A stretch of DNA of 64,000 nt. Source: Candidatus Aenigmatarchaeota archaeon (lineage in GTDB: Archaea; Aenigmatarchaeota; Aenigmatarchaeia; GW2011-AR5; JACRAC01). How positions within the stretch are numbered: the first letter of the stretch is position 1; the number at the start of each line of letters is the position of its first letter. A program made the position numbers and the translations under genes. The stretch lies in the NCBI GenBank assembly GCA_016213555.1, contig JACRAC010000011.1:8841-72840 (forward strand), read 5' to 3'. Below the pieces are notes generated by a model. That model was not told the DNA's origin and did not search any database. It saw only the letters and a program-made list of their open reading frames with translations. Below, one piece after another: positions 28,686 through 37,779 of this stretch.

Positions 28686-29552
28686 CTAGTTTGTTTGTTT
28701 TTTCTTGTCTTGTCTTTCCAAATACCATCTAAGTATTCCTGTGTTTGTTAACCATGTTGCAGGGAGATCTATAAGCAACCCTACTATTAATACAAGGGCC
28801 ATTTGTTGCAATACATGAGATCCTGATACAAAATACATTGCAACTAAGGCTGCTATAGCGCATGCTGTCATCGTTACGCCTGTTTTCATTGCTGTTTTTA
28901 TTCTCTTTTCTACTGTCTCTTCCTTACGCTTTAACATTTCTGTTGTAAGAACTATATCTGTATCTACAGAATATCCTATTAACATCAAAATAGCTGCTAA
29001 TGTTGGTAATGACAACGATATTCCTAATAACTCCATTCCAAACATTGATATTACTATATCTGTAATAGCTGCAAGAATTACTGCCATTGATGGTGCAAAT
29101 GCCCTGAACAATAAAAATACTACAATAGCCATTATTATGAAGGCTGCTATCAATGCTATTTGTGCTTGTTTCCAGAAAACTTCTCCTAAAGATGGGCCTA
29201 CTTGTTTAATATCATAGTCTCCTGAAACACCTAGACTATCTAATTTATTTATTATTTCTGTTGTGTTTTTTGAGGAATCTGTTTCTATCAATAATGTTGT
29301 TTTTATACCTGTTACTGTTTTAAAAGTAGCATCTGGTATTTCAGCTGAAAGTTTGTTTATATCAGGTTGTTTATCTAGGGTCATTGATATAAGTGTTCCT
29401 CCTGTTAACTCTATGTCTCTTTTTACAGGAGATCCTGTAGTCACTGTATTATAAATCAAGAAGGATGATGCTACAATTAACACTACTATTGTTATAAACA
29501 TCAAAAATTTCCATTTTTTATGATAAAAATCCTCTAAAGACTGTAATGACAT
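28686..29552 (-). CDS. secF: Protein translocase subunit SecF
   Basis: DIELTGGT, VGPSLG, IGYSVDTDIVLT, TWLTN. Confidence 0.93.
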   Translation of the reverse strand: MSLQSLEDFYHKKWKFLMFITIVVLIVASSFLIYNTVTTGSPVKRDIELTGGTLISMTLDKQPDINKLSAEIPDATFKTVTGIKTTLLIETDSSKNTTEIINKLDSLGVSGDYDIKQVGPSLGEVFWKQAQIALIAAFIIMAIVVFLLFRAFAPSMAVILAAITDIVISMFGMELLGISLSLPTLAAILMLIGYSVDTDIVLTTEMLKRKEETVEKRIKTAMKTGVTMTACAIAALVAMYFVSGSHVLQQMALVLIVGLLIDLPATWLTNTGILRWYLERQDKKKQTN

Positions 29553-29626
29553 TAAACCACATTGTGGGAGAAAATTTAAAAGGTTATAATTTGAGCTTTT
29601 TTATCCATTATCTTTACAATAAACAG

Positions 29627-30727
29627 ATGTACGATGTTATTATTGTTGGTGGGGGTATAGCTGGATCTGTTCTTGCAGAAAAATTGATTAAGAATGATTT
29701 TAATATACTTGTAATAGAGAGGACTAAACGATTAAAGAAAGATAGTGGAATTGTAGCTAATAGAAATATTGGAAAGGTTATTCCTAGGGGTTTTATAGAA
29801 CATCGAATAAATGAGATGACTTTAGTTTCACCTTTTGGATTGTCTGCGAAAATTAGAACAAAAAATCCTTTTGCTTATATAATTGATAGGCAAAAACTCA
29901 ACAAATATTTTCTTAGTAAAATAGCTGGATTGATTGTATATGACCATATAAAGGATGTTGTTTGGGAAGATGGTTTTGTATCTGTTATAGGCGATAACAA
30001 AACATACTATGGTAAAATGATTATTGGTTGTGATGGTGCCAACTCTATTGTAAGAAAGAAGATGAATAAACATGATGGTTTTTATGCGGATAGTGATATT
30101 GTTTTTGGAGCTTTGGCTTTTGATAAAATAAAAACAGACTCTATACACGTATATTTTAACAAGCTTTTTTCTACTGATTTTTTTGCTTGGAAAATACCCC
30201 AAAACAACGAGTATGGTCTGATGGTTGGGAAGAGGCCAATGGATTTTTTAAATCATTTTAAGAAAAAATTTGGGTATGGTCTTAATGATGTTTTGGTTTA
30301 CCCAATGATAATAGGGTGTAAAAAATCTTATAGTGATAGATGTTTATTGGTTGGAGAAAGTGCAGGGCAGAACAAACCTATAACAGGTGGGGGTATAGAT
30401 CTTGCTATTGTTTCTGCTTACTATGCTTTCACTACAGTACTGGCTGCTTTTAAAAATAATAATTTTAGCTCTAAATTTTTAGAATCTTACCATAATATGT
30501 GGTATAAAGATTTTGGATCTGAAATAAATAGACAGATGTTTTTGAGGAAAGTTTATATGAAACTTAATAATGAGCAGATTGATGACTTGTTTAAAATTGT
30601 TAAAGATGATTTAGAAAAAACAGATTATATAGAAGACTATATAGAACTTAGCAATCTTACAAGAAAACTATCTTATAGTAGATTATTTTTATGGTCTTTG
30701 AGAAATTTTGGAACAATTATCAAATAA
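29627..30727 (+). CDS. FAD-dependent oxidoreductase, geranylgeranyl reductase family
   Basis: YDVIIVGGGIAGS, IGCDGANS, FFAWKIP, LVGESAGQNKPITGGGI. Start moved to ATG 29627. Confidence 0.8.
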   Translation: MYDVIIVGGGIAGSVLAEKLIKNDFNILVIERTKRLKKDSGIVANRNIGKVIPRGFIEHRINEMTLVSPFGLSAKIRTKNPFAYIIDRQKLNKYFLSKIAGLIVYDHIKDVVWEDGFVSVIGDNKTYYGKMIIGCDGANSIVRKKMNKHDGFYADSDIVFGALAFDKIKTDSIHVYFNKLFSTDFFAWKIPQNNEYGLMVGKRPMDFLNHFKKKFGYGLNDVLVYPMIIGCKKSYSDRCLLVGESAGQNKPITGGGIDLAIVSAYYAFTTVLAAFKNNNFSSKFLESYHNMWYKDFGSEINRQMFLRKVYMKLNNEQIDDLFKIVKDDLEKTDYIEDYIELSNLTRKLSYSRLFLWSLRNFGTIIK

Positions 30728-31792
30728 CTATATGTTTACTTGCTTCCATTCTCTTGTTGAGAAGTCTACTACAACTGGTTTGAACTCATTTAGCAAAGAT
30801 CCTGAGTTTACAACAGTAATTGATTTGTAATTGTTTACAAATGGTTTATGGTCATGACCATAATGAACTATATCTGGGACTATATCTAATGCTAGAAAAT
30901 CTTCTTTTAACAAACAATCTCCCAAATGTCTTTTTTTCAACATAGACAAATCAAAATCATGTATCATTAAAATATTGATACCTCCTATGTTAATTATTGA
31001 TGGGTTGCTTAACGATATTATATTTTCTTTTTTTGGATTAAGTGGTAATTGTGGATAGTCATCTTCTACATCCTTTTCTCCTGGTATAATAAAAACTAGT
31101 TTATTATCACAATACTTTTCTAACTTTTCCAGATCTACAACATCTCCTGCAATGAAAAGATAGTTTATATTTTCTTGGTTAAACCATTGAAAGAATTTTT
31201 CTATATCTGATTCTGGTGATTCGTTCAAATGTAAATCTGATATAAAACATCCTTTACCGTTTCCTCTTACTGGTTCTCTTAGAGGAACATCTGGATATAT
31301 TATTTTTTTGCCGTATAGAATCTTTCCAGATGGGATTGTTTGAACCAGAACTACATCATCTAAATCACATTTTACAGGATCATCAAAAGATATTGTTACT
31401 GATCCTGTTTGATCTTCTACTTCTACAAGTGTTTTTTCTCCTTCTTTAATATCTTTAACCATACCTATTATGTAGATGTCTTCTCTTGTTTGTGTTATTT
31501 TGTTTATAGATATGAATTTTTTGTCTATTCTACTTGCTAAAATATCTTTCATTTTATTGAATTTTGAGTTAAGATACTCTATCTGATTACAGGTTTCTTT
31601 TTTTGTTAAGTTTTTCACTATTTCATATCTTTTAAGAAATGTTATGTGGTTTTTCAATACAATTAGGTCTAAATCTCTTTCTAATATATTTGTTACTTCT
31701 TTATCTGAAAACCCTTCTAGATAAGACAGTGCTTCTGGTGATATTAACTTTTGTCTGGTAAAAAATAGTCTAACTAATTCTTCTTTTTTCAT
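30728..31792 (-). CDS. DNA polymerase D small subunit (DP1) homolog, shortened, with altered phosphoesterase site
   Basis: OB domain (IIGMVKD, VEDQTGSV), SDLH, AGDVVD, PGEKD in place of PGNHD, PQ, SNP, RHL, PDIVHYGHDH, VNSG; immediately downstream of cdc6. Confidence 0.85.
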   Translation of the reverse strand: MKKEELVRLFFTRQKLISPEALSYLEGFSDKEVTNILERDLDLIVLKNHITFLKRYEIVKNLTKKETCNQIEYLNSKFNKMKDILASRIDKKFISINKITQTREDIYIIGMVKDIKEGEKTLVEVEDQTGSVTISFDDPVKCDLDDVVLVQTIPSGKILYGKKIIYPDVPLREPVRGNGKGCFISDLHLNESPESDIEKFFQWFNQENINYLFIAGDVVDLEKLEKYCDNKLVFIIPGEKDVEDDYPQLPLNPKKENIISLSNPSIINIGGINILMIHDFDLSMLKKRHLGDCLLKEDFLALDIVPDIVHYGHDHKPFVNNYKSITVVNSGSLLNEFKPVVVDFSTREWKQVNI

Positions 31793-31833
31793 AAAATCAC
31801 TTAAACCTTGAAAAATTTAAAATTAGGATAAAA

Positions 31834-33027
31834 TCAATAAGAATTGATTTTTAACAAAATACCTTCTATTTTTGCTATCATCTCCTCGTTTACTGCAAAC
31901 ACAACTTCTCTAAGTTTACCATATCTGCCTCTAGAAGATATTTTTGTGTTTATTATTCCCAATGTTTCATACTCGTTGACAAGGTCGCATACTCTTCTCT
32001 GTGTTAGTGGATTGAGACCATTATTTTCACAAAGCTTGTTGTATGATTTGTAAATATCGCTTGTTAATATTCTTGAATCTATCCACTGTCCTTTGCTTGT
32101 TTTTCTAAGAGACATCATACTCTCTAACACAATTTGTGAATGTCTTGGTTGTGACCTTACTATTTCAGTAAGTTTGTCTGTATTTATTCTCTCTTTAGCC
32201 ACATCTAACTGAATCTCTGTTATTGTGGTTTGGCCTGATCTTTCGCTTATTTCTGCGGCGACTCTTATAAGGTCCAAAGCTCGGCGAGCATCACCATGCT
32301 CTTGGGCAGCTAGAGCAGCGCACTTGTTTAGTACACTATCATCTATTGTGTTTTCATAAAAAGCATCTGATATTCTCAATGATATAATGTCTTTTAACTG
32401 CTCGGCATTGTATGGTTTGAATATTATTTCTTCTTCTGCTAGAGATGAACGGACCCTAGGGTCTATTTTTTCTGCAAAATATATGTTGTTTGTTATTCCT
32501 ACAACTGAGATGTTTGAATCTGATCTTGATATGTTGTATAGGAACTCGTCTCCTATTTTATTTACCAAACAATCTATCTCATCAAAAACCAATATTATGT
32601 TTTGTTTTGATGCTTCTTCAAAAAATTTCTTATATAAAACATTGGTTGCTATTCCTGTTTCTGGAACTAACACATCAAACTCTTTTAATATCTGAGAAAG
32701 TATCCTATACTCTGTATCAGATACTTTTTTCATCTTACAGTTTATGTATATTGTTTTATACGTATTATTGGAAATTTTTGAGAGCTGTTCTAATATATAT
32801 TTTATAGTAACTGTTTTGCCGCAACCAATACCTCCATAAATAAAAACATTGCTAGGTTTGTAGCCTTTTAATATAGGAGCTAGAATAGATGATATTATTT
32901 CTATCTCAGTGTCTCTATGCACTATAGTGTTTGGTAGGAAGTTTGTTGAAAGAACTTCCCTGTTTTTAAATAAAGACTCTTTATACAAATAGTTATTAAA
33001 AATGTTTTGTACTTTATTATCCATCAT
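31834..33027 (-). CDS. cdc6: Orc1/Cdc6 replication initiator
   Basis: YGGIGCGKT, YINC, FDEID, DPRVRSSL, PYNAEQL, GDARRALDL, winged helix with SRGRYG. Confidence 0.95.
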   Translation of the reverse strand: MMDNKVQNIFNNYLYKESLFKNREVLSTNFLPNTIVHRDTEIEIISSILAPILKGYKPSNVFIYGGIGCGKTVTIKYILEQLSKISNNTYKTIYINCKMKKVSDTEYRILSQILKEFDVLVPETGIATNVLYKKFFEEASKQNIILVFDEIDCLVNKIGDEFLYNISRSDSNISVVGITNNIYFAEKIDPRVRSSLAEEEIIFKPYNAEQLKDIISLRISDAFYENTIDDSVLNKCAALAAQEHGDARRALDLIRVAAEISERSGQTTITEIQLDVAKERINTDKLTEIVRSQPRHSQIVLESMMSLRKTSKGQWIDSRILTSDIYKSYNKLCENNGLNPLTQRRVCDLVNEYETLGIINTKISSRGRYGKLREVVFAVNEEMIAKIEGILLKINSY

Positions 33028-33039
33028 TTCATTGACCGT

Positions 33040-33432
33040 TATTTCTGATGGAAGTTTAAAGGAAATAGACCCTACCAAACTACTCACCCCAAATTAAATA
33101 TTTTAATTGTCTAAATAGAAGATTTTTAGATCTTATAAGAGACAAAAACAAACAATTTTATAAACCACTATAAAATTGCTTAACCTTTTTTGTATTAATT
33201 GGTATATAAAGTGTGTATATTTTAGAACAAATATATTTGAAAATGGTTATGACCCCTATATTTCTTTTGGAAACTACTATATAACAATATATTTAACAAT
33301 GTTATAGGAAATAGAGGTAGTTGTAAGAGAAATTTTAATTAAAATAGGTATTTTAAAAGAAATATAGGTTGTTTGTTAGTAGTTTGAAAATATTTTCTAA
33401 AAATTAAAAACAATTATTCCAAAAGAAATTTT
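33040..33432. promoter_or_regulatory. Candidate replication origin with ORB-like boxes
   Basis: AT-rich gap upstream of cdc6. Minus-strand GTTTCCAAAAGAAATATAGGGGT (33252-33274) has the ORB dyad plus G-string; related copies lie at 33301-33320, 33351-33371, 33054-33072 and 33417-33430. Confidence 0.7.
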
Positions 33433-33815
33433 AAACCATATACCCTCAGACCGTTTTCATTTAACATAATTTTTCTAAATGTAATTGAGACTTCTTTATC
33501 TACTAATCCTTGTGGGTTTTTTTCAACATCTTCTATATCTACACCAGTTATTTCACCAACTATCATAGGACCTTCTTCCAGTTTTATTAATGCTGTGATA
33601 TATGGTGCTTCAAATCCATCTGGTGCTACTCTAATTATAGTATCTGAATATATTTTACCCTTTCCAGATAAACCAAATTCCTCTAGTTTTTGACTATCAC
33701 AGGAAGGACAGTTTTTCCTATTTGGAAATATAACCAATCCACAATCTAGACATTTTTTACCTATCATTTTATATTTTTCTTTATTCATTCTCCAAAATAC
33801 GGGAACTGATAACAT
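33414..33815 (-). CDS. DUF35 Zn-ribbon/OB-fold protein (thiolase-HMG-CoA synthase scaffold)
   Basis: CLDCG..FP...CPSC, GKIYS.T, PY..ALIKLEEG, YGLKF; in an operon with thiolase and HMG-CoA synthase. Confidence 0.9.
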   Translation of the reverse strand: MLSVPVFWRMNKEKYKMIGKKCLDCGLVIFPNRKNCPSCDSQKLEEFGLSGKGKIYSDTIIRVAPDGFEAPYITALIKLEEGPMIVGEITGVDIEDVEKNPQGLVDKEVSITFRKIMLNENGLRVYGLKFLLE

Positions 33816-33826
33816 TTTAACACCGT

Positions 33827-35005
33827 TTAATCTTTACCTAATACATGGATTACTGAGGTAGTTCCTATACCACCGATGTTTAAGGCTAAGCCTTGATTGA
33901 CATTTTTTAACTGGTTTAGGGAATCTCCTCTAATTTGTTTAGTAATATCTATTAATTGACGTACACCAGTAGCTCCTACTGGATGACCTATTGATTTTAA
34001 TCCACCAGTTGTATTTGTAGGTATTTGACCGTCTAATTTTATTTCGCCTTGTTCTATAAACTTACCTCCTTTACCTTTTTCACAAAACCCTAGATCTTCT
34101 AAGGCCACCAACTCATTTATAGAGAAACAATCATGAACTTCTGTTACCCCAATGTTTTTCATATTTACTCTATCTTTTTCAATTACTCTCTTAACTGCTA
34201 GTTTTGTAGCATCTAATTCTACTATAGATCTTCTGTTAAAAAATCCTATTCTATCTGTTGCCGCAGAGCTGCTTAGTATCCAAGCTACATTATCTAACTT
34301 ATTTTTCTTAATAAATTCTTCTGAAGCTATTATTACAGAAGCAGCACCATCTGTTATTGGTGAACAATCTAAGGTTCTTAAAGGATCTGCTATAAGTGTG
34401 GATTTTTCTACATCTTCTATAGTAATCTCTCCTCTAAACTGTGCATAAGGATTTTTAACACCGTTTTTGTGGTTATTTACTGAGATTAAGGAAAGTTGGT
34501 TTCTTGTTGTTCCAAATTCTTTCATATGTCTTCTAGCCATTAAGGCATATAATCCTGTAAATGTAAGGCCTGCTAAAGATTCCCATTCAAAATCACCTGC
34601 TTCCATTAAAGCGTTTAAAACATGATTAGAATCAATATCAGTCATTTTTTCTATTCCTAATACCATTGCAACATCCATTTCACCAGATTTTATTGTGTGA
34701 AACGCATGTCTGAATGCAAGAGCTCCTGAAGAACAAGCACCTTCACAACGAACAGCTGGTACACCTGTAATACCTACATAGTCTGATACTAAAGATCCTA
34801 AATGGCTTTGTTTTGCCATTGATCCTGCACCCATGTTCCCAACAAAAAGACCCTCTATATTTTTCTTGGTTATATTTCCTTTTGTCTGAGTATCAAGATC
34901 TTTGAAAACTGCGTTACCCGCATCTACAGCTAAATCTCTTAAAGAATGTTCCCAAAGCTCACCAAATTTACTTTGTCCAACTGCAACTATTCCTACACGT
35001 GTCAT
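33827..35005 (-). CDS. Acetyl-CoA C-acetyltransferase (archaeal thiolase)
   Basis: EGACSSG, GIEKM, DCSPITDGA, EVHDCF, GHPVGATG. Confidence 0.93.
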   Translation of the reverse strand: MTRVGIVAVGQSKFGELWEHSLRDLAVDAGNAVFKDLDTQTKGNITKKNIEGLFVGNMGAGSMAKQSHLGSLVSDYVGITGVPAVRCEGACSSGALAFRHAFHTIKSGEMDVAMVLGIEKMTDIDSNHVLNALMEAGDFEWESLAGLTFTGLYALMARRHMKEFGTTRNQLSLISVNNHKNGVKNPYAQFRGEITIEDVEKSTLIADPLRTLDCSPITDGAASVIIASEEFIKKNKLDNVAWILSSSAATDRIGFFNRRSIVELDATKLAVKRVIEKDRVNMKNIGVTEVHDCFSINELVALEDLGFCEKGKGGKFIEQGEIKLDGQIPTNTTGGLKSIGHPVGATGVRQLIDITKQIRGDSLNQLKNVNQGLALNIGGIGTTSVIHVLGKD

Positions 35006-35010
35006 AACAA

Positions 35011-35094
35011 TCAACCAATCTCTAGTTCTTCTGTAGAGAGTCTTTTAATAAAAAGGTCAATATCAACACCATATTCTTGAAACACATCTACCAT
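35011..35094 (-). CDS. Putative 27-aa microprotein between HMG-CoA synthase and thiolase
   Basis: MVDVFQEYGVDIDLFIKRLSTEELEIG*. Starts 2 nt after the synthase stop and ends 5 nt before the thiolase ATG. Confidence 0.4.
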   Translation of the reverse strand: MVDVFQEYGVDIDLFIKRLSTEELEIG

Positions 35095-35096
35095 AA

Positions 35097-36167
35097 TTAT
35101 TCCCTCAATAATTTTCCTCTTAGTTTTACGTATGTACCGTAGTCAACGTATTTTTTGTTATTAATATAATCTATGGTCTTTTTTCCTAATTTTTGAGCTT
35201 GTAGTATTTTGTTTGTTATCATAAATGAAAATGAATCTGATCCAGAACCAGAACCGTAAGATGTTACTAAAATTCTTTCACCTGGCTTTGCACTGTCTAA
35301 AACAGATGCAAGTCCAATAAGAGAAGCACCTGAATATGTATTTCCTATCTTTGGAACAACTAAACCTTCTTTTAATTTTGAAGCATCAAATCCTAAAATT
35401 TTTGCAGCTCTTAAAGGAAATTTAGCGTTTGGTGTATGAAAAACAACTTTATCAAAATCATCAATTCCAAGAGAAAGCTTTTCCATCAACCCTTTTGTTG
35501 CGTTTGTAACGTGTTTAAAATATGCAGGCTCTCCTGTAAACCGAGCTCCATGATTTGGGTATTTTTTCCCTTCATTTCTCCAAAAATCAGAAGTATCTGT
35601 GCCAAAAGAATATGTACCTTCTAACTCAGCTACAGGATCTTTACCAAGTATAAACGCAGCAGCTCCAGAACCAGCAGTATATTCTAAAGCGTCTCCAGGT
35701 TTTCCTTGTGCTGTGTCTGCACCAATAGCCATACCATATTCTATTTCATTTGATTTAACAAAAGCATGACAAATTTGCATTCCTGCTGATCCAGCTTTAC
35801 ATGCAAATTCTAAATCTCCCATAAATATTGTTTTTTCTTTAAAAGTGTTTCCAAAAGCGCTGCTAAAGCCTAATGCCTCTGAAACTACAGTGCTTGATGG
35901 ATTTACTGCGTATGGATGACTTTCTGACCCTATGAATAAAGCTGATATTTTAACAGGATTTATTCCTGCCCTTAAAATTGCTGTTCTACCTGCTTCAACA
36001 GACATTGTTATTGTATCCTCATCAGAACCAGCAATAGCTTTTTCATCTACTCCCAATCCTTCTAAAATTGGTAAGGCATCTCTTCCCCAAATTCTAGCTA
36101 TTTCTTCTATCTTTATTCTAAATCTAGGTACATATGATCCCCAACCTACTATTCCTGTTTTATCCAT
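35097..36167 (-). CDS. Hydroxymethylglutaryl-CoA synthase (archaeal type)
   Basis: DEDTITM, GSESHPYAV, EFACKAG, DFWR, FHTPN, GNTYS, SYGSG. Confidence 0.95.
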   Translation of the reverse strand: MDKTGIVGWGSYVPRFRIKIEEIARIWGRDALPILEGLGVDEKAIAGSDEDTITMSVEAGRTAILRAGINPVKISALFIGSESHPYAVNPSSTVVSEALGFSSAFGNTFKEKTIFMGDLEFACKAGSAGMQICHAFVKSNEIEYGMAIGADTAQGKPGDALEYTAGSGAAAFILGKDPVAELEGTYSFGTDTSDFWRNEGKKYPNHGARFTGEPAYFKHVTNATKGLMEKLSLGIDDFDKVVFHTPNAKFPLRAAKILGFDASKLKEGLVVPKIGNTYSGASLIGLASVLDSAKPGERILVTSYGSGSGSDSFSFMITNKILQAQKLGKKTIDYINNKKYVDYGTYVKLRGKLLRE

Positions 36168-36264
36168 GTTTAATTCACCAATAGCTTGGTTTAGAACATT
36201 TTTGTAAATCCCAGCTACAATAGAATAAGAACCTCAGAAAAGTATATAAATTTGATAACCGGCT

Positions 36265-36372
36265 TGTAATACATGTATTACATACTATATTTATAATCAA
36301 TCTCAGCAACAAAAAAAGATATATACAACTTGATATAAAAGTTAGTATGGTCAAATGAACTAAGTTCATTTG
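36265..36372. promoter_or_regulatory. Two perfect palindromes in the divergent promoter region of the mevalonate operon
   Basis: TGTAATACATGTATTACA (36265-36282) and CAAATGAAC-TAA-GTTCATTTG (36352-36372). Confidence 0.45.
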
Positions 36373-36406
36373 TATTTTCAAAAAAATCTTATATAAGGTT
36401 TTAGAA

Positions 36407-37225
36407 ATGGTATTGGAAGCTATATTGAATCCTAAAAAAGCTGAAGACAAGCCATGGCTTGTATTTTTTATAGCTGTCATACTATCTTTTCTTGCTATAT
36501 ATATTTCATGGGTTTTGTTTCCTTCACAAGCTTCTATACTTTCTGTAGCTTTTGTTACTATATTTTTTGTGCCTTTTTTTCAAAGACTTTTCAGGTTTGA
36601 AGAAAAAAAAGATGAGCTAGCAGTAAGAAAACATATGAAGCATGATAGTATATTTAAAAGACATCAAAAAGCCTTGTATGTTTATGGAGCATTTTTTATT
36701 GGAGTTATCCTTGTCTACAGTGCTGTATTTACTTTTATACCTTCTATGAGAGATGTTTTTTCACTGCAGTTAGAATGGTTTAAAGGGTCTTTTACTGGAC
36801 AGGCTGTTGAGGCAGGTAATTTTGCAAGATATTTTGTTAATAATACACAGGTCATGCTGATATTTTTTATATTATCAATAGTTTTTGGGGCTGGAGCAGT
36901 TTTTATTCTAAGTTGGAACGCGTCTGTAATAGCTGTTTACTTGGGAATTGTAGTAAATAAATTTATACCTGCTTTAGGAGTATCTACAGCTTATGTGTAT
37001 GGATTTACTATTGGTGCTGGCTCGATAATTTTCCACGCCATACCAGAGATAGGAGGATATTTCTTTGCCGGCATAGCAGGTGGAGTCCTCTCTATTGCCC
37101 TGCTTAGAGAGAAATTTATGTCAAAAGAGTTTAAAGAGGCTGGTAAAGATGCTATGGTGTGGTTTGTTCTTGCAGAAGTATTAATAATAATAGGAGCTCT
37201 TATAGAATCCAGATTTATAATTTAA
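36407..37225 (+). CDS. SpoIIM/DUF95 family membrane protein
   Basis: FVNN, ILSWNASV, HAIPEI.GYF.AG.AG, GALIE. Confidence 0.82.
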   Translation: MVLEAILNPKKAEDKPWLVFFIAVILSFLAIYISWVLFPSQASILSVAFVTIFFVPFFQRLFRFEEKKDELAVRKHMKHDSIFKRHQKALYVYGAFFIGVILVYSAVFTFIPSMRDVFSLQLEWFKGSFTGQAVEAGNFARYFVNNTQVMLIFFILSIVFGAGAVFILSWNASVIAVYLGIVVNKFIPALGVSTAYVYGFTIGAGSIIFHAIPEIGGYFFAGIAGGVLSIALLREKFMSKEFKEAGKDAMVWFVLAEVLIIIGALIESRFII

Positions 37226-37770
37226 TTTAGACAGTTTTCTAAGTTTTGATGTACTTCTTCTAGAAAATATTTATATTGACTAGGAATATCTTTTTCTATT
37301 ATTTTTATTTCATCTTTCTTTTTATCTATCCATCTTATAGGATCTTTTAGATGTTTTGCATCAAAAGAATTATCATACATATCTGCAAGTCTTATTATTT
37401 TTACTTGCCAAGGCTGGGTTTTTAATCTGGATAAATATTCCGCATGTCTTTGATCTTTTGATAATCTACTGTCTATGCTTAACCCAGAGACATAGTTTGC
37501 TACATTTTCTCCAAATCTACCTGATATTTCATCATAATCTGTTTGAGTGTCCTCTATAGTATCGTGTAAAAGAGCAGCAGCTAGAATTTCTGGATCATCT
37601 ATTTTTAATTTTGTTGCTAGTATTGCGAATATTCTTAATGGATGTACTACAGATGGTGTTATACCATCTTTTCTTGTCTGGCCATCATGACAGATAAGGG
37701 CAAATCTCATAGAATCTCTAACTTTTTTGATATTGTATATTTGATCGTTTACAACAGACATAAATATCAT
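37222..37770 (-). CDS. Stand-alone HD hydrolase of the SpoT/Mesh1 (small alarmone hydrolase) type
   Basis: HDGQTRKDG...HP, AALLHDTIEDT, FG..VA..V, RLADMYDN. Confidence 0.85.
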   Translation of the reverse strand: MIFMSVVNDQIYNIKKVRDSMRFALICHDGQTRKDGITPSVVHPLRIFAILATKLKIDDPEILAAALLHDTIEDTQTDYDEISGRFGENVANYVSGLSIDSRLSKDQRHAEYLSRLKTQPWQVKIIRLADMYDNSFDAKHLKDPIRWIDKKKDEIKIIEKDIPSQYKYFLEEVHQNLENCLN

Positions 37771-37779
37771 CTAATTCTT

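Noticed and set aside
10707-33027. Inteins in PolB, Cdc48, TopA or Cdc6
   Set aside because: Protein lengths are canonical, motifs are contiguous, and there are no C...HN splice signatures
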